Assembly (NCBI GenBank): GCA_965217865.1
Contig: CBDCJO010000001.1
Coordinates: 416,001 to 480,000, forward strand
From: Candidatus Latescibacterota bacterium
GTDB taxonomy: Bacteria > Latescibacterota > UBA2968 > SICM01
Direction of reading: 5' to 3'
Length of the DNA stretch: 64,000 bases
The notes beneath the pieces were generated by a model that was not told the DNA's origin, ran no database searches, and saw nothing but the letters and a program-made list of their open reading frames with translations. Below, piece by piece: positions 49,945-59,399 of the stretch; position 1 is the first letter of the stretch; each line of letters starts with the position of its first letter. A program made the position numbers and the translations under genes.

Positions 49945-51696
49945 CTAATAAAAATTGTATCCCATCGTCACGGTCCATTCGTGTTCCTTTTTCCGGACCC
50001 CATCCGTCTTGAACGCCAGACGTCGATAACCCGCTTCCAGGAATAGATCCAGAACCGGTTCGACGGTCGCCTTCATACCGAATCGCGTGCGCCGTTCCTG
50101 GATCCCGGCGAGGAAACGTTTTGAGCTGACGTCGTCCCCCGGCCGCTGGCCCAGGTCCCGGTCGCCGCCTACATTCTGGATGGTCCCGTCAGGATTCACG
50201 GGATTTGCCCCGTGTCGTTCTCGTGAGGCGGACATTGTGAACGACACGGACGGGGTAATTCGGTGGACGATATCGCCATATATCCCGTCGGAGTTGGGGC
50301 CCAGCGGATGTCCTAATAGCCCCCCGTAGTGCTGGTAACGGTTGATGTTGAAAAGATGGGTATAGACCCAGGGTTCGATATGGACGAACTCCAGCCTGAT
50401 CTCAGAGTCCCGCAACCCTCCTGGGTCTACCCATAAGAATCCGGCCTGGCCGGCAAACTTGTTGCTGAACGCACCGGGGCCGCCGAACTTGGTGAGATCG
50501 TCCAGGAACAGGGATCCATGAAACTTAAGATTTCTGATCACATTCGCGTCTACATCCAGGCCAAGAGCCACGTTGTCCTTGTCTCCCAAAAAACTTTGGG
50601 CCGCAAACAGGAATGTGGCCGGTATGGCATACGCAAACTCAACGCGGCGGTCCCCATAGATGACGATTTCCTGGAGACCCACCGTAATCCGTTGGCTGAC
50701 CCCCAACTCTACACGGTGCGCCGAGAAATATTTCCTGCGGTCAAATGTCCTCAGGAAACCGTTGTCCAAGATCGTCCGGGTGGTGTCGATCAGGCCCGAC
50801 CGCAGAAATCCCAGCAGATGAACGAACTTCACCCTTCCGTATCGGGCCCTGAGCTTTGCGAAGGGATAGGATGGTGCATTGTTCGACAGGAACAGGCTGG
50901 AGGCGGAAGCCGGCCCCCATGATTCAAAATTCTTTCCCACCTCCACGTCGAACCATCGGGTTCCCAAGACCATCTGGGCGGTGGACTCCCTGAAGTCCCC
51001 GGTTTTCCCCTTTGCCTCCAAAAACTCCACCCGCCTGTCGACGATGTCGGCGCGGGATCGGATCACACGGTTTCCGTTCTGTCTGGCTTCCCAGTGGCGC
51101 AGGCGGAACCCGACGATTCCCCCAATCCCACCCTCAACAATCCCCCCCACGTGGGTCAAAGATGCCCGGTTTCCACCGGACGAGATGAAACCCTGCCGTA
51201 CAAGCAGATCGAGAAAAAGATTTCCGTTCTCGACATCCCAGCAGGCCAGGTGCCCCCCCTTCACGATCCGTCCCAAAATCGTTCCGGGCTCCGGCTTAAC
51301 GTCTATTCCCAGGGTCCTCAGTTCAGTTGCAAACTCGACCTTCAACCGATCGATCAGTCCTGACTCCACCACCGTAAGGCCCTCGGCTTTTTCAGATCGA
51401 TCTATAATTCCTTTAAGGGCCTCCGCAACCTCATTGCGGGAGACAGGCCGAGTACCTTTTCCCCAGGACCCCAGCCAACCTTTCGCTTCGAACCGGTCGA
51501 TCAGGCGGTAAACGGGATGATCCAGAGGCACTCCAACGGTGGGATCGGCCACAGAGGCAAAAGGACAGGATATAACCGTGAGGATAATGATCCTCGTGTG
51601 TCTCAGGAATTTTTTGATCGGGCGTGTACCATCCGTCTCGTCCGGACCGGTTGCCAAACGGGGCCCGGCCGGCCGTTTCATGGCATCTACAAGCAC
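49945..51696 (-). CDS. capsule assembly Wzi-family outer-membrane protein (start uncertain)
   Basis: VPLDHPVY..IDR, RPVSR, WGP...LFLSNNAP, HRVE, DN, LGHPLGPN, C-terminal aromatic YNFY. Confidence 0.7.
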   Translation of the reverse strand: MLVDAMKRPAGPRLATGPDETDGTRPIKKFLRHTRIIILTVISCPFASVADPTVGVPLDHPVYRLIDRFEAKGWLGSWGKGTRPVSRNEVAEALKGIIDRSEKAEGLTVVESGLIDRLKVEFATELRTLGIDVKPEPGTILGRIVKGGHLACWDVENGNLFLDLLVRQGFISSGGNRASLTHVGGIVEGGIGGIVGFRLRHWEARQNGNRVIRSRADIVDRRVEFLEAKGKTGDFRESTAQMVLGTRWFDVEVGKNFESWGPASASSLFLSNNAPSYPFAKLRARYGRVKFVHLLGFLRSGLIDTTRTILDNGFLRTFDRRKYFSAHRVELGVSQRITVGLQEIVIYGDRRVEFAYAIPATFLFAAQSFLGDKDNVALGLDVDANVIRNLKFHGSLFLDDLTKFGGPGAFSNKFAGQAGFLWVDPGGLRDSEIRLEFVHIEPWVYTHLFNINRYQHYGGLLGHPLGPNSDGIYGDIVHRITPSVSFTMSASRERHGANPVNPDGTIQNVGGDRDLGQRPGDDVSSKRFLAGIQERRTRFGMKATVEPVLDLFLEAGYRRLAFKTDGVRKKEHEWTVTMGYNFY

Positions 51697-51828
51697 GAAG
51701 CCTTCTGGTTGGCACCGGGGGGTTTACAAAATACGGAATAGAATCCGCGTGGAAACCAAAAATAGGAAGACGTATATTTCGGCGGTCTCGCGAATTTCAT
51801 CCTCTGGAGGGTCTTCCATTATCCTGGC

Positions 51829-51900
51829 AATATGGGAGAATGCCTTAGCCAAGTCAAGGCTGAAAATCCCTTGACATCTCCTATCTGTTTTTATTAGAAT
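51829..51900. promoter_or_regulatory. back-to-back divergent sigma70 promoters
   Basis: minus: TTGACT-17-CATATT (51857-51829); plus: TTGACA-18-TAGAAT (51871-51900). Confidence 0.55.
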
Positions 51901-52014
51901 GGCCTACAGACGGTAATCTCTAAAGATCTCAGGTTCGGTCATCCTGATTGTCAGTTTTGGTACGGCTGGATCATTCGTGAGTGAACCACTTTAAATCGGG
52001 GGAGGAAACTTCAC

Positions 52015-53175
52015 ATGGAGACGAAGGAATTTCTCCTTGCTGCTGGACCTCACGACCGGTCCCATTGTCCGGTATCTGTATCGCTTGGGGACTCGGGTGT
52101 TTACGACCGGGCGTCATTGAAGGAGGTGGGATCCGATGCCACACTTCCAAGTCAGGTTCTGAATCGTGACGGTCAAACATGGCTCTACTGGATCCTGGAC
52201 GAACTCAGGGCGGGTCAGGAGAAGAGATACGAGATCACCCTTGGGGTAGCGGATACGGGACACGATGGAGGGGTCGAATTGCAGGAGGCTTCCGGCAATG
52301 AAATCCGGGTGACCCGTGGTGGCGAGTTGGTCACGGCTTATCGCTACGGTCCGGATCTGGCAAGGCCTCACCTCTATCCCTTGATCGGTCCCTTTGGAGA
52401 GGGTATCACCCGTCGATTGGCCGGTCCGGACGACAAAGATATGGATCATCCCCATCACAGATCCGTATGGATCGCCCACGGGGAGGTCAATGGGCTCAAC
52501 AACTGGGCGGAGACCCCGGGCCACGGCCGGACGAAGCATACCGGATTTGAAGCGCTTGAAAGCGGACCTGTCCTGGGTCGCATCGTTTCCAAAGGGGACT
52601 GGGTGGGCCCTGAAGGTTGGGTTTGTCCCACGTCTGCGGGAAAGATTTTAGAAGAAAAATCCGAATGGATATTTTACGACACCCCGACGCCCGTGATCGA
52701 TCTCCGCCTCACACTAAAGGCCATCGACATGGACGTACTTTTCGCGGACACGAAAGAAGGCGGTCTGGCTTCCGTACGCGTCGAGGAGTCCATGGAAGGA
52801 CGCAACGGAGGAAAGATCGAGAATGCGCATGGAGGCATCGGTGAGGAAGAGACATGGGGGAAACCGGCTCACTGGTGCGATTATTCGGGACCCATCAACG
52901 GAAAAATTGTCGGAATCACCATAATGGACGGTCCGGATAGTTTCCGGCACCCCACACCCTGGCACGTCAGGGACTATGGCCTGATGACGGCCAACCCCTT
53001 CGGCCTCTCCCATTATACCCGGGACATTTCCAAAAGGGCCTATCACGTCCTGAAACCAAAAGAAGGGCTCAATGCCTTTTATCGATTCTATGTCCACGCC
53101 GGGGATGCCCCTGAAGGCCGGGTCCATGAACGATACCACGACTTTGCCAACCCCCCGAAGGTGAAGTCGACTTGA
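52015..53175 (+). CDS. PmoA-family/DUF6807 protein (not a methane monooxygenase)
   Basis: RPHLYPL, DHPHHRSVW, DTKEGG..VRV, WGKPAHWCDYSG, HPTPWHVRDYGLMTANPFG. Confidence 0.8.
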   Translation: METKEFLLAAGPHDRSHCPVSVSLGDSGVYDRASLKEVGSDATLPSQVLNRDGQTWLYWILDELRAGQEKRYEITLGVADTGHDGGVELQEASGNEIRVTRGGELVTAYRYGPDLARPHLYPLIGPFGEGITRRLAGPDDKDMDHPHHRSVWIAHGEVNGLNNWAETPGHGRTKHTGFEALESGPVLGRIVSKGDWVGPEGWVCPTSAGKILEEKSEWIFYDTPTPVIDLRLTLKAIDMDVLFADTKEGGLASVRVEESMEGRNGGKIENAHGGIGEEETWGKPAHWCDYSGPINGKIVGITIMDGPDSFRHPTPWHVRDYGLMTANPFGLSHYTRDISKRAYHVLKPKEGLNAFYRFYVHAGDAPEGRVHERYHDFANPPKVKST

Positions 53176-54500
53176 TAGAGAAGGACCCTCTCCCATTAGG
53201 CCATCCTTTCCATTACCCCCCCTCCACAGCAGCATCCCTCCCCTCCGACCACCTGGGTCACGAGGGATTCCCCCCTCTCATACCACGATTTATGTACCCT
53301 ATATCAAGGCCTCTCCGCCAGTTGAAACATATCGGATGATTCATATTCGGCCCCCACTGAGAGGAGTTAAACCTGAACCCAAAACGGCCGAACATCCTGT
53401 GGCTCATGACCGATGAGCAGCGCACGGACTCCTTAGGATGCTATGGCAGTCCCTGGGCACGCTCACCGAATATCGATCGGCTGGCCTCGCAGGGTGTGAT
53501 CTTCGATAACGCTGTGACCCCCGCCCCTGTTTGTGTCCCCGCCCGGACGTCTCTCATCACGGGAAGATATCCTCATCAAACCGAAATCTGGTGCAACGGG
53601 GACATTCACCGTGAGATGAGTAATTTAATGCCCGTGTTCAGATCCGGGGGATACGCAACGGCGAGTTTTGGCAAGAGACACTATGTGGCATCGGCCCCGG
53701 GATTTGACCATGAAATCGATTTCCACCATTCATCTCTTGTCGGCCCTTATCGATATGACGCCCAATACGATGAAAAGGCATACAACGTAATCAAATATCC
53801 TTCCGATTACAGCCCGTGGATCCTGGGGGGCCGCTTTCCCGAATCGGCCTCTCAAAAATCGGAAGCCCGTGCCGTCCGGCTCGGAAGGGAATGGTTGGAA
53901 AACCACGATCCTTCGAAGCCTTTTTTTCTTCGCATCTCATTCAACGGTCCCCATACCCCTGTCGTCCCCCCCCCCTTCGATGAAATGATTGACCCGTCAA
54001 GCATTCAGCTCCCGGAAGCTGCGGAGGAAGCTCCTGAGGGACGCCCAGCCTGGTTAGCCGAAGAGCTCCACGAATACGCAAAGGCTTCCCGTCTGAGTTC
54101 CGCTGAGATCGATCGGTTGAGATCCTATTATTATGGGGAAGTGTCCTTCCTGGATCATCAATTTGGTATCCTGCTGGATTGGATGAATGCCCGGGGCTTT
54201 CTCGAAGACACCATCATCGTTCTGGTTTCCGATCACGGCACGCATCTTGGAGATTACGGGCTTGTCCAGAAGCAGACCTTTTACGAACCGGTCGTAAAGG
54301 TACCTTTTATGATCTGCGATCCGGGGAGATTCACCGGCGGCGTCAGGATCGACAGACCCGTCGAAATACGGACGCTGCTTCCCACCTTAATAGAGCTTGC
54401 CGGACTTTCGAGCCCTGAGGGAGCGAGCCCCGATAGCCTGGCAAGGGTGCTCGTAACCGGAGAAGAACCCCAACACGGTCCTGTCTTCAGCGAATTTACC

Positions 54501-55613
54501 CTAGTGTCGTGTCCCGCCAATAAGTTCAAATAGTCGCTTAATCTTTTCGAGGATGGATTCTGCGGTGGCAGTCCACACAAAGGGTTTTGAATTTGAGTTG
54601 TAGTGATCGGCGAATTTCTTGATGTTATTGACCAGATCTTTCACGCTACGAAAGGAACCCCGGCGGATTGCCTTTTGTGTAATGATGTTGAACCAGATCT
54701 CGACTTGGTTTAGCCAGGACGCGTAAGTGGGTGTATAGTGGACCTGATATCTTGGCCGGGCTGCAAGCCATTGTTTGGTTTTAGGGTGCTTGTGCGTGCC
54801 ATAGTTGTCCAAGACCAGGTGAATATCGAGATCCTCCGGGACGTTTGCCTCGATGTGCTTTAGGAATTGAAGGAATTCCTGATGACGGTGTCTCGGTTTA
54901 CATTGTGTTAACACTTTTCCCGAGGCGATCTCTAGAGCAGCAAACAGCGTCGTTGTCCCGTGTCTGATGTAGTTGTGAGTTACGCCTTCGACGTAACCCA
55001 AACCCAGTGGCAGAATCGGTTGCGTTCGATCTAATGCTTGGACCTGGCTTTTCTCGTCCACACAGAGCACCATAGCATTGTCTGGCGGGTTGAGGTAGAG
55101 CCCGACAACGTCCCTGACCTTCTCTACAAAGAAGGGATCGTTTGAGAGTCTGAAGTGTTTCTGTCGATGAGGTTGAAGTCCGAAGGCTTTCCAGACTCGC
55201 TGAACGGTGGACTTGGAGAGCCCAGTCTCAGCTCCGATGGACCGACAGGTCCAGTGAGTTGCATGCCTTGGCTTTGTCTTCAAGGTTTTGCCAATGAGCC
55301 TGGCAATCTTCTGGTCGGAGATTGAACGTGGACCTCCAGGACGCATCTCGTCGTAAAGCCCCATCAGCCCTTGAGCACAATAACGATTACGCCATTTCCC
55401 AATCGTGGCATAGGACAGTCCCAGCTTCTGGCCTATCTGTAGATTCGTGAGTCCGATATCACTCATCAGTATGATCTTCGCACGGCGCACCAAAGAATGC
55501 GGTAAGATCCGCGAACCAGATATCGCCTTCAATTCACTTCGGACTTCATCACTAAGGTTCAATGGCTGCAATGGACGTCCCATTTTCATCGGTTCCTCCT
55601 TGGATAAGGGCAT
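54501..55613 (-). CDS. IS630-family transposase
   Basis: HTH, SNDPFF, LYLNPP, CVDEKS, THNYIRHGT, LDNYGTHK, SWLNQVE; the stop codon uses the target CTAG. Confidence 0.95.
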   Translation of the reverse strand: MPLSKEEPMKMGRPLQPLNLSDEVRSELKAISGSRILPHSLVRRAKIILMSDIGLTNLQIGQKLGLSYATIGKWRNRYCAQGLMGLYDEMRPGGPRSISDQKIARLIGKTLKTKPRHATHWTCRSIGAETGLSKSTVQRVWKAFGLQPHRQKHFRLSNDPFFVEKVRDVVGLYLNPPDNAMVLCVDEKSQVQALDRTQPILPLGLGYVEGVTHNYIRHGTTTLFAALEIASGKVLTQCKPRHRHQEFLQFLKHIEANVPEDLDIHLVLDNYGTHKHPKTKQWLAARPRYQVHYTPTYASWLNQVEIWFNIITQKAIRRGSFRSVKDLVNNIKKFADHYNSNSKPFVWTATAESILEKIKRLFELIGGTRH

Positions 55614-55668
55614 AAGGAACCATAAGACGAATCCATTACTTTGTCAAGTTATTTCTGGGACATAACAC
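54504..55668 (-). mobile_element. IS630-family insertion sequence
   Basis: imperfect TIRs GTGTCGTGTCCCGCCAATAA / TTATTTCTGGGACATAACAC; TA duplicated at 54502-3 and 55669-70. Confidence 0.92.
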
Positions 55669-55671
55669 TAG

Positions 55672-57197
55672 CAGCCCGTTGAAGAACTACCTTTCAACGC
55701 ACATAAACGGAAAAGACGCCTGGAGTGCGGGTCAGATAAATCAAGGTAAGGAGATTGAGCAGGAGACGCTGATAAGAGGTTAAAAAGGTGACCGAGGGCA
55801 GCAAACGTGATTGTAGGACGAGCAGTAGACGCTGCAAGGCCTTGGCCAGGTCCTGGAGGGCCTTCGGAGTACCTACGCCCATCACTTTGCGCATGAGCAG
55901 AGCCAGGTTGCAGCCCCCGATGTGGATCAGCAAACGCTTGAGGATATTGCCGCGGTCTCTCAAGTGCAACCTGCGCATGCCACCGGTATCATATGTGTGA
56001 GCGATGGTTCTTTCCACCCGTTCTGCACGACTTCGGCGCAAGGCCTTGCCGCGATCTCCCTTGATCCGGCGTCGATTCGCATATACCGCGGCCTGCTCAT
56101 CTCGTCGGCCGTTCCACTTGCGGCGTCCCCGATCCGGTTCTGAAATGTAACTCCGGATGCCGCCTTGCTTCAGACTGGTCAATACATCGTTGCTATGATA
56201 TCCTTTGTCCGCAACCACCTCCCGTATACGCTGTCTGTGCAAACGTTTGGCAGCTTTTTCGTCCTTCGCGACCTGCTTGAGATTGAGCTGCGCCTCGAGC
56301 AGCGTCCAGGGCAACGACCCGGTATCTCCTTCATCTGCTCCCGACAACGCCACTGCCACAATGGCATTGGTGTCCAGATCCACCGCGTGCTTCACCTTGT
56401 GCGCCATGTGCGTGCGACCGTCCTTCATCTTAGCGATCTTGGCATCCGGGTCGTGCGGGTGCTCCCAGTCCTGGTTCGATCCCTTCTTCGGTCGCTTCTT
56501 ATCGATCTTGGACAAGTCCTCGCGGGTAGGCGTTTCAATGCCCGAGGCCTTGGCCAGATTCTCAAGGAATGCCTGGTAGCCTTCACCCGTGTCACGGCGT
56601 ACAATGCTGCGCATCGCGGCGTTGGCCTCCAGTGTCGTAGCATCCACGCCCAACGTCTTCCCCTTCACCAGACCCGCTTTGCACAAGACCCTCAGGATCC
56701 ACTTGAAAACCGCTTCGTGAACTTCCAAGGGAAGCCGATGCCGGATGCGAGACAGGCTGGAATGATCCGGGGTCTGTTCGTCAAGGGCATACCCCAAAAA
56801 CCGGCGCAACGTCAGCGAGTCAGATACACGCCATTCGATCCCACGTTCCGAATCAAGTCCCTCGAAATACCCAATCAAAAGCATCCGAAAATAAACCCCG
56901 GGCGGAATGCCCTTGCGACCCATATGAGGAGCGTAATACCGCTGGCAAAGCCCCTCGACGAACTCGTCGAAGCCGTTCGCCCCCAATACCTGATTCAGCT
57001 TCTCGTAGAACGGATGACCCGGAGATTTCACCAAAGTGTTCGATGCGATGAACAGGTTTTCCTGTCTCTGTCGTCCTCGTTTTCCCATTGCCATTTGCTC
57101 GTCCTCCCTTCTCAGTTTGAACCTGATATATCATAGGACCAAACCACAAGGAAAGACAACAGTCATCTTGGCATAAACGCACTTTTTCAACAGGCTG
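55672..57197 (-). mobile_element. IS1182/IS5-like insertion sequence
   Basis: TIRs CAGCCCGTTGAAGAA / TTTTTCAACAGGCTG (13/15); CTAG on both sides (55668-71 and 57198-201). Confidence 0.88.
55694..57094 (-). CDS. DDE transposase (DUF772 + DDE_Tnp_1 type)
   Basis: GR..IPP..YFRMLL.GYFEG..SER, PDHSSLSR, VDATTLEANAA, DPDA, ADKGY, VER..AH. Confidence 0.9.
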   Translation of the reverse strand: MAMGKRGRQRQENLFIASNTLVKSPGHPFYEKLNQVLGANGFDEFVEGLCQRYYAPHMGRKGIPPGVYFRMLLIGYFEGLDSERGIEWRVSDSLTLRRFLGYALDEQTPDHSSLSRIRHRLPLEVHEAVFKWILRVLCKAGLVKGKTLGVDATTLEANAAMRSIVRRDTGEGYQAFLENLAKASGIETPTREDLSKIDKKRPKKGSNQDWEHPHDPDAKIAKMKDGRTHMAHKVKHAVDLDTNAIVAVALSGADEGDTGSLPWTLLEAQLNLKQVAKDEKAAKRLHRQRIREVVADKGYHSNDVLTSLKQGGIRSYISEPDRGRRKWNGRRDEQAAVYANRRRIKGDRGKALRRSRAERVERTIAHTYDTGGMRRLHLRDRGNILKRLLIHIGGCNLALLMRKVMGVGTPKALQDLAKALQRLLLVLQSRLLPSVTFLTSYQRLLLNLLTLIYLTRTPGVFSVYVR

Positions 57198-57426
57198 CTA
57201 GGGTCTATATCCAAATTCGGGTTTAAACATAACGGGCGTCTGATAATGGTTCGGGACGACCCGTGGAAACTCACCGCCTGCCTGGATCCAGGGCCTCACG
57301 ACATCTCGCTCCACGATCTGGAAGAAGATCCCTATGAACAAACAAATTTAGCGAACGACCCAAAATATAATCCCGTGAAGAATCGGCTTCTCGAAGGCAT
57401 CCTTGTCCATATAGGTTCTTAAGCGT

Positions 57427-58323
57427 ATGGAGTCCGGAGATAAAAATCCTGATGCGGTGGGGACGGGTTTCCCCCTCCGGGGCCGCCTCGGAATTGGGAT
57501 GACGGGCCTGTTCTGGATTCTGAATTGGACCCTTCCTGGAATCCGAACACATTGGGGGTTCTTCCCTCTCTGGCTGGGTTATTGTTTAACCGTCGACGCC
57601 TTGGTTCAAAAACGCAAGGGCGGTTCCCTATGGACTCGGAGCCGTCCTGCCTATATCGGACTTTTCTGCGTTTCCGTACCCGCCTGGTGGCTCTTCGAAC
57701 TGATAAATTTGCGCACCCTGAACTGGGTCTATGACGGCAGGCAGCACTTTACGGACCTTGAATACTTCCTCTGGTCGTCTCTCAGTTTCTCGACGGTAAT
57801 GCCTGCGGTGTTTGAAACCGCCGAACTCGCAAGCACATTCCGTTGGCTACAAAAGATCCCCCACGGCCCCTCGATCCGACCGACCCCCACAACGCTGTTT
57901 GTACTGTTCACCGCCGGATTTCTGATGATGACCTTGCTCCTGTTCCGGCCCCTCTATTTTTTTCCTTTTGCCTGGGTATCAGTGTATTTTATCCTCGAAC
58001 CCATCAACGTACTTCTGGGAAATCGATCGATCCTGGAGCATACCCGGGAGGGGGACTGGGGGCCGGTTCTGACACTATGGACCGGATCCCTGACATGCGG
58101 ATTTTTCTGGGAGATGTGGAACTATTGGTCATATCCCAAATGGGTATACCGTGTACCCTTCGTCGATTTCCTTCACGTCTTCGAGATGCCGCTATTGGGC
58201 TACTACGGTTACCTTCCATTCGCACTGGAGCTTTTTGCACTGTACCATCTGACTACGGGTTTGATCCTGCCCGCATTCCCTCGGAATTTCATTCAGATTG
58301 CGCCGTGTCAGTGCGAACGATAG
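57427..58323 (+). CDS. integral membrane protein of unknown function
   Basis: multiple TM segments; two related motifs WWLFELIN..NWVY and GFFWEMWNY..KWVY; FEMPLLGY. Confidence 0.7.
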   Translation: MESGDKNPDAVGTGFPLRGRLGIGMTGLFWILNWTLPGIRTHWGFFPLWLGYCLTVDALVQKRKGGSLWTRSRPAYIGLFCVSVPAWWLFELINLRTLNWVYDGRQHFTDLEYFLWSSLSFSTVMPAVFETAELASTFRWLQKIPHGPSIRPTPTTLFVLFTAGFLMMTLLLFRPLYFFPFAWVSVYFILEPINVLLGNRSILEHTREGDWGPVLTLWTGSLTCGFFWEMWNYWSYPKWVYRVPFVDFLHVFEMPLLGYYGYLPFALELFALYHLTTGLILPAFPRNFIQIAPCQCER

Positions 58324-58366
58324 GTCCATTTCAGTGTGTCACACGCGGTCTAACAAGGAGGGCTCG

Positions 58367-58720
58367 ATGTCCCGCGTCTACGACTTGTCCGCTATGCAGA
58401 AGTTTGCCCCTGGCAAGATCGGCTTCCGTCAGCCCTTTGTGGAATTGCCTACGATCGGCTGTTCGCTGACTTGCCTCGAGCCCGGCCAGGTGGTTCCGGC
58501 ACATGCTCATACCAGCGCGGACGATATATGGGTCGTACTGGAAGGCCAGGCGGTTTATTTCCAGGGTGGGGGCCGGACCAGCCAGATCCGTGAAGGAATG
58601 CTCGCACTGGCGAAAGCCGGCGAGACGCACGGAGCGAGAAATGACGGACCCGGCCGATTTGTTTTTGTATCGGCCTTTGCCCCCATCCCCATCGATTTTG
58701 TGGAGAGAGAGGAACCCTGA
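58367..58720 (+). CDS. cupin-domain protein
   Basis: HAH..DDIWVVLEG..GETHGARN; SD AAGGAGGG. Confidence 0.85.
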   Translation: MSRVYDLSAMQKFAPGKIGFRQPFVELPTIGCSLTCLEPGQVVPAHAHTSADDIWVVLEGQAVYFQGGGRTSQIREGMLALAKAGETHGARNDGPGRFVFVSAFAPIPIDFVEREEP

Positions 58721-58796
58721 CCCCCTTTCGTTCGATCTCCTCTTAAACAGTTCCAACGAAGGTAAACCCACTTGATATTTAGAAAGGACCTCCAGG

Positions 58797-59393
58797 ATGT
58801 TTCGAAAACAAATCCTTCTCATAACGGCATTTACCTTGTACCCTCTGGAGTTGTGCGGGGATGCGACCGTTCCACCCGAGAAAATAAATCCCTACCTGGA
58901 TCCAAACGCCTCCCTCGTCGGTGACATCAAACTCGGAAATCAGACCTTTATCGGCCCCATGAGTTCCCTTCGGGCTCTCCCCGGGTCCTTCGTGACGATC
59001 GGAGATGAAAGCAGCGTCCAGGACGGCGCTGTGGTTGTGGGGCTCTCTAATTTTCATTCATTCGGCAGTTTGGGGAAACCCCACGGGGTAAAGATCGGAA
59101 GTCGAACGACAATCGGGGCTCAGGCCCAGGTCCACGCCCCGGCACGGGTCGGGGATAATGTCTTCATCGGAATGAGAGCCCTGGTATTCGATTCGGAGGT
59201 GGGAAACGGGTGTGTCATCCAACCGGGGGCAATCGTGATGGGAGTGCGCCTCCCGGCGAGCCGAAGCGTCCCTGCAAATCTGGTTGTGATCGATCAGGAC
59301 GCCGCCGAAGCCCTCCCGAAAGTGACCTCATCGGATCCCTTTAAGAGACTCCACGAAATGATGATCGCTGTCTATTCCGAGATGGGGAAGTAA
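58797..59393 (+). CDS. gamma-carbonic-anhydrase-like beta-helix protein (Zn ligands degenerate)
   Basis: hexapeptide repeats, SLR, VQDG, QVHAP, FIGM; signal-peptide-like N-terminus. Confidence 0.75.
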   Translation: MFRKQILLITAFTLYPLELCGDATVPPEKINPYLDPNASLVGDIKLGNQTFIGPMSSLRALPGSFVTIGDESSVQDGAVVVGLSNFHSFGSLGKPHGVKIGSRTTIGAQAQVHAPARVGDNVFIGMRALVFDSEVGNGCVIQPGAIVMGVRLPASRSVPANLVVIDQDAAEALPKVTSSDPFKRLHEMMIAVYSEMGK

Positions 59394-59399
59394 AATAAC

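Larger units (their letters stand above)
53373..57422 (+). pseudogene. formylglycine-dependent sulfatase disrupted by two IS elements
   Basis: KRPNILWLMTDEQR, CVPARTSLITGRYP (CxPxR), GPHTP, SDHG. Removing 54505-57201 rejoins ...SEFT-LGSISKF...HDLEEDPYEQTNLANDP...GS* in frame. Confidence 0.9.

Noticed and set aside
51901-52014. Riboswitch in the PmoA-family gene leader (CTCAGG)
   Set aside because: Other glycine-riboswitch elements are absent and no convincing fold was found.
52015-53175. Methane monooxygenase implied by the PmoA family name
   Set aside because: Soluble protein with no TM helices and no pmoB/pmoC; the family name is a misnomer.
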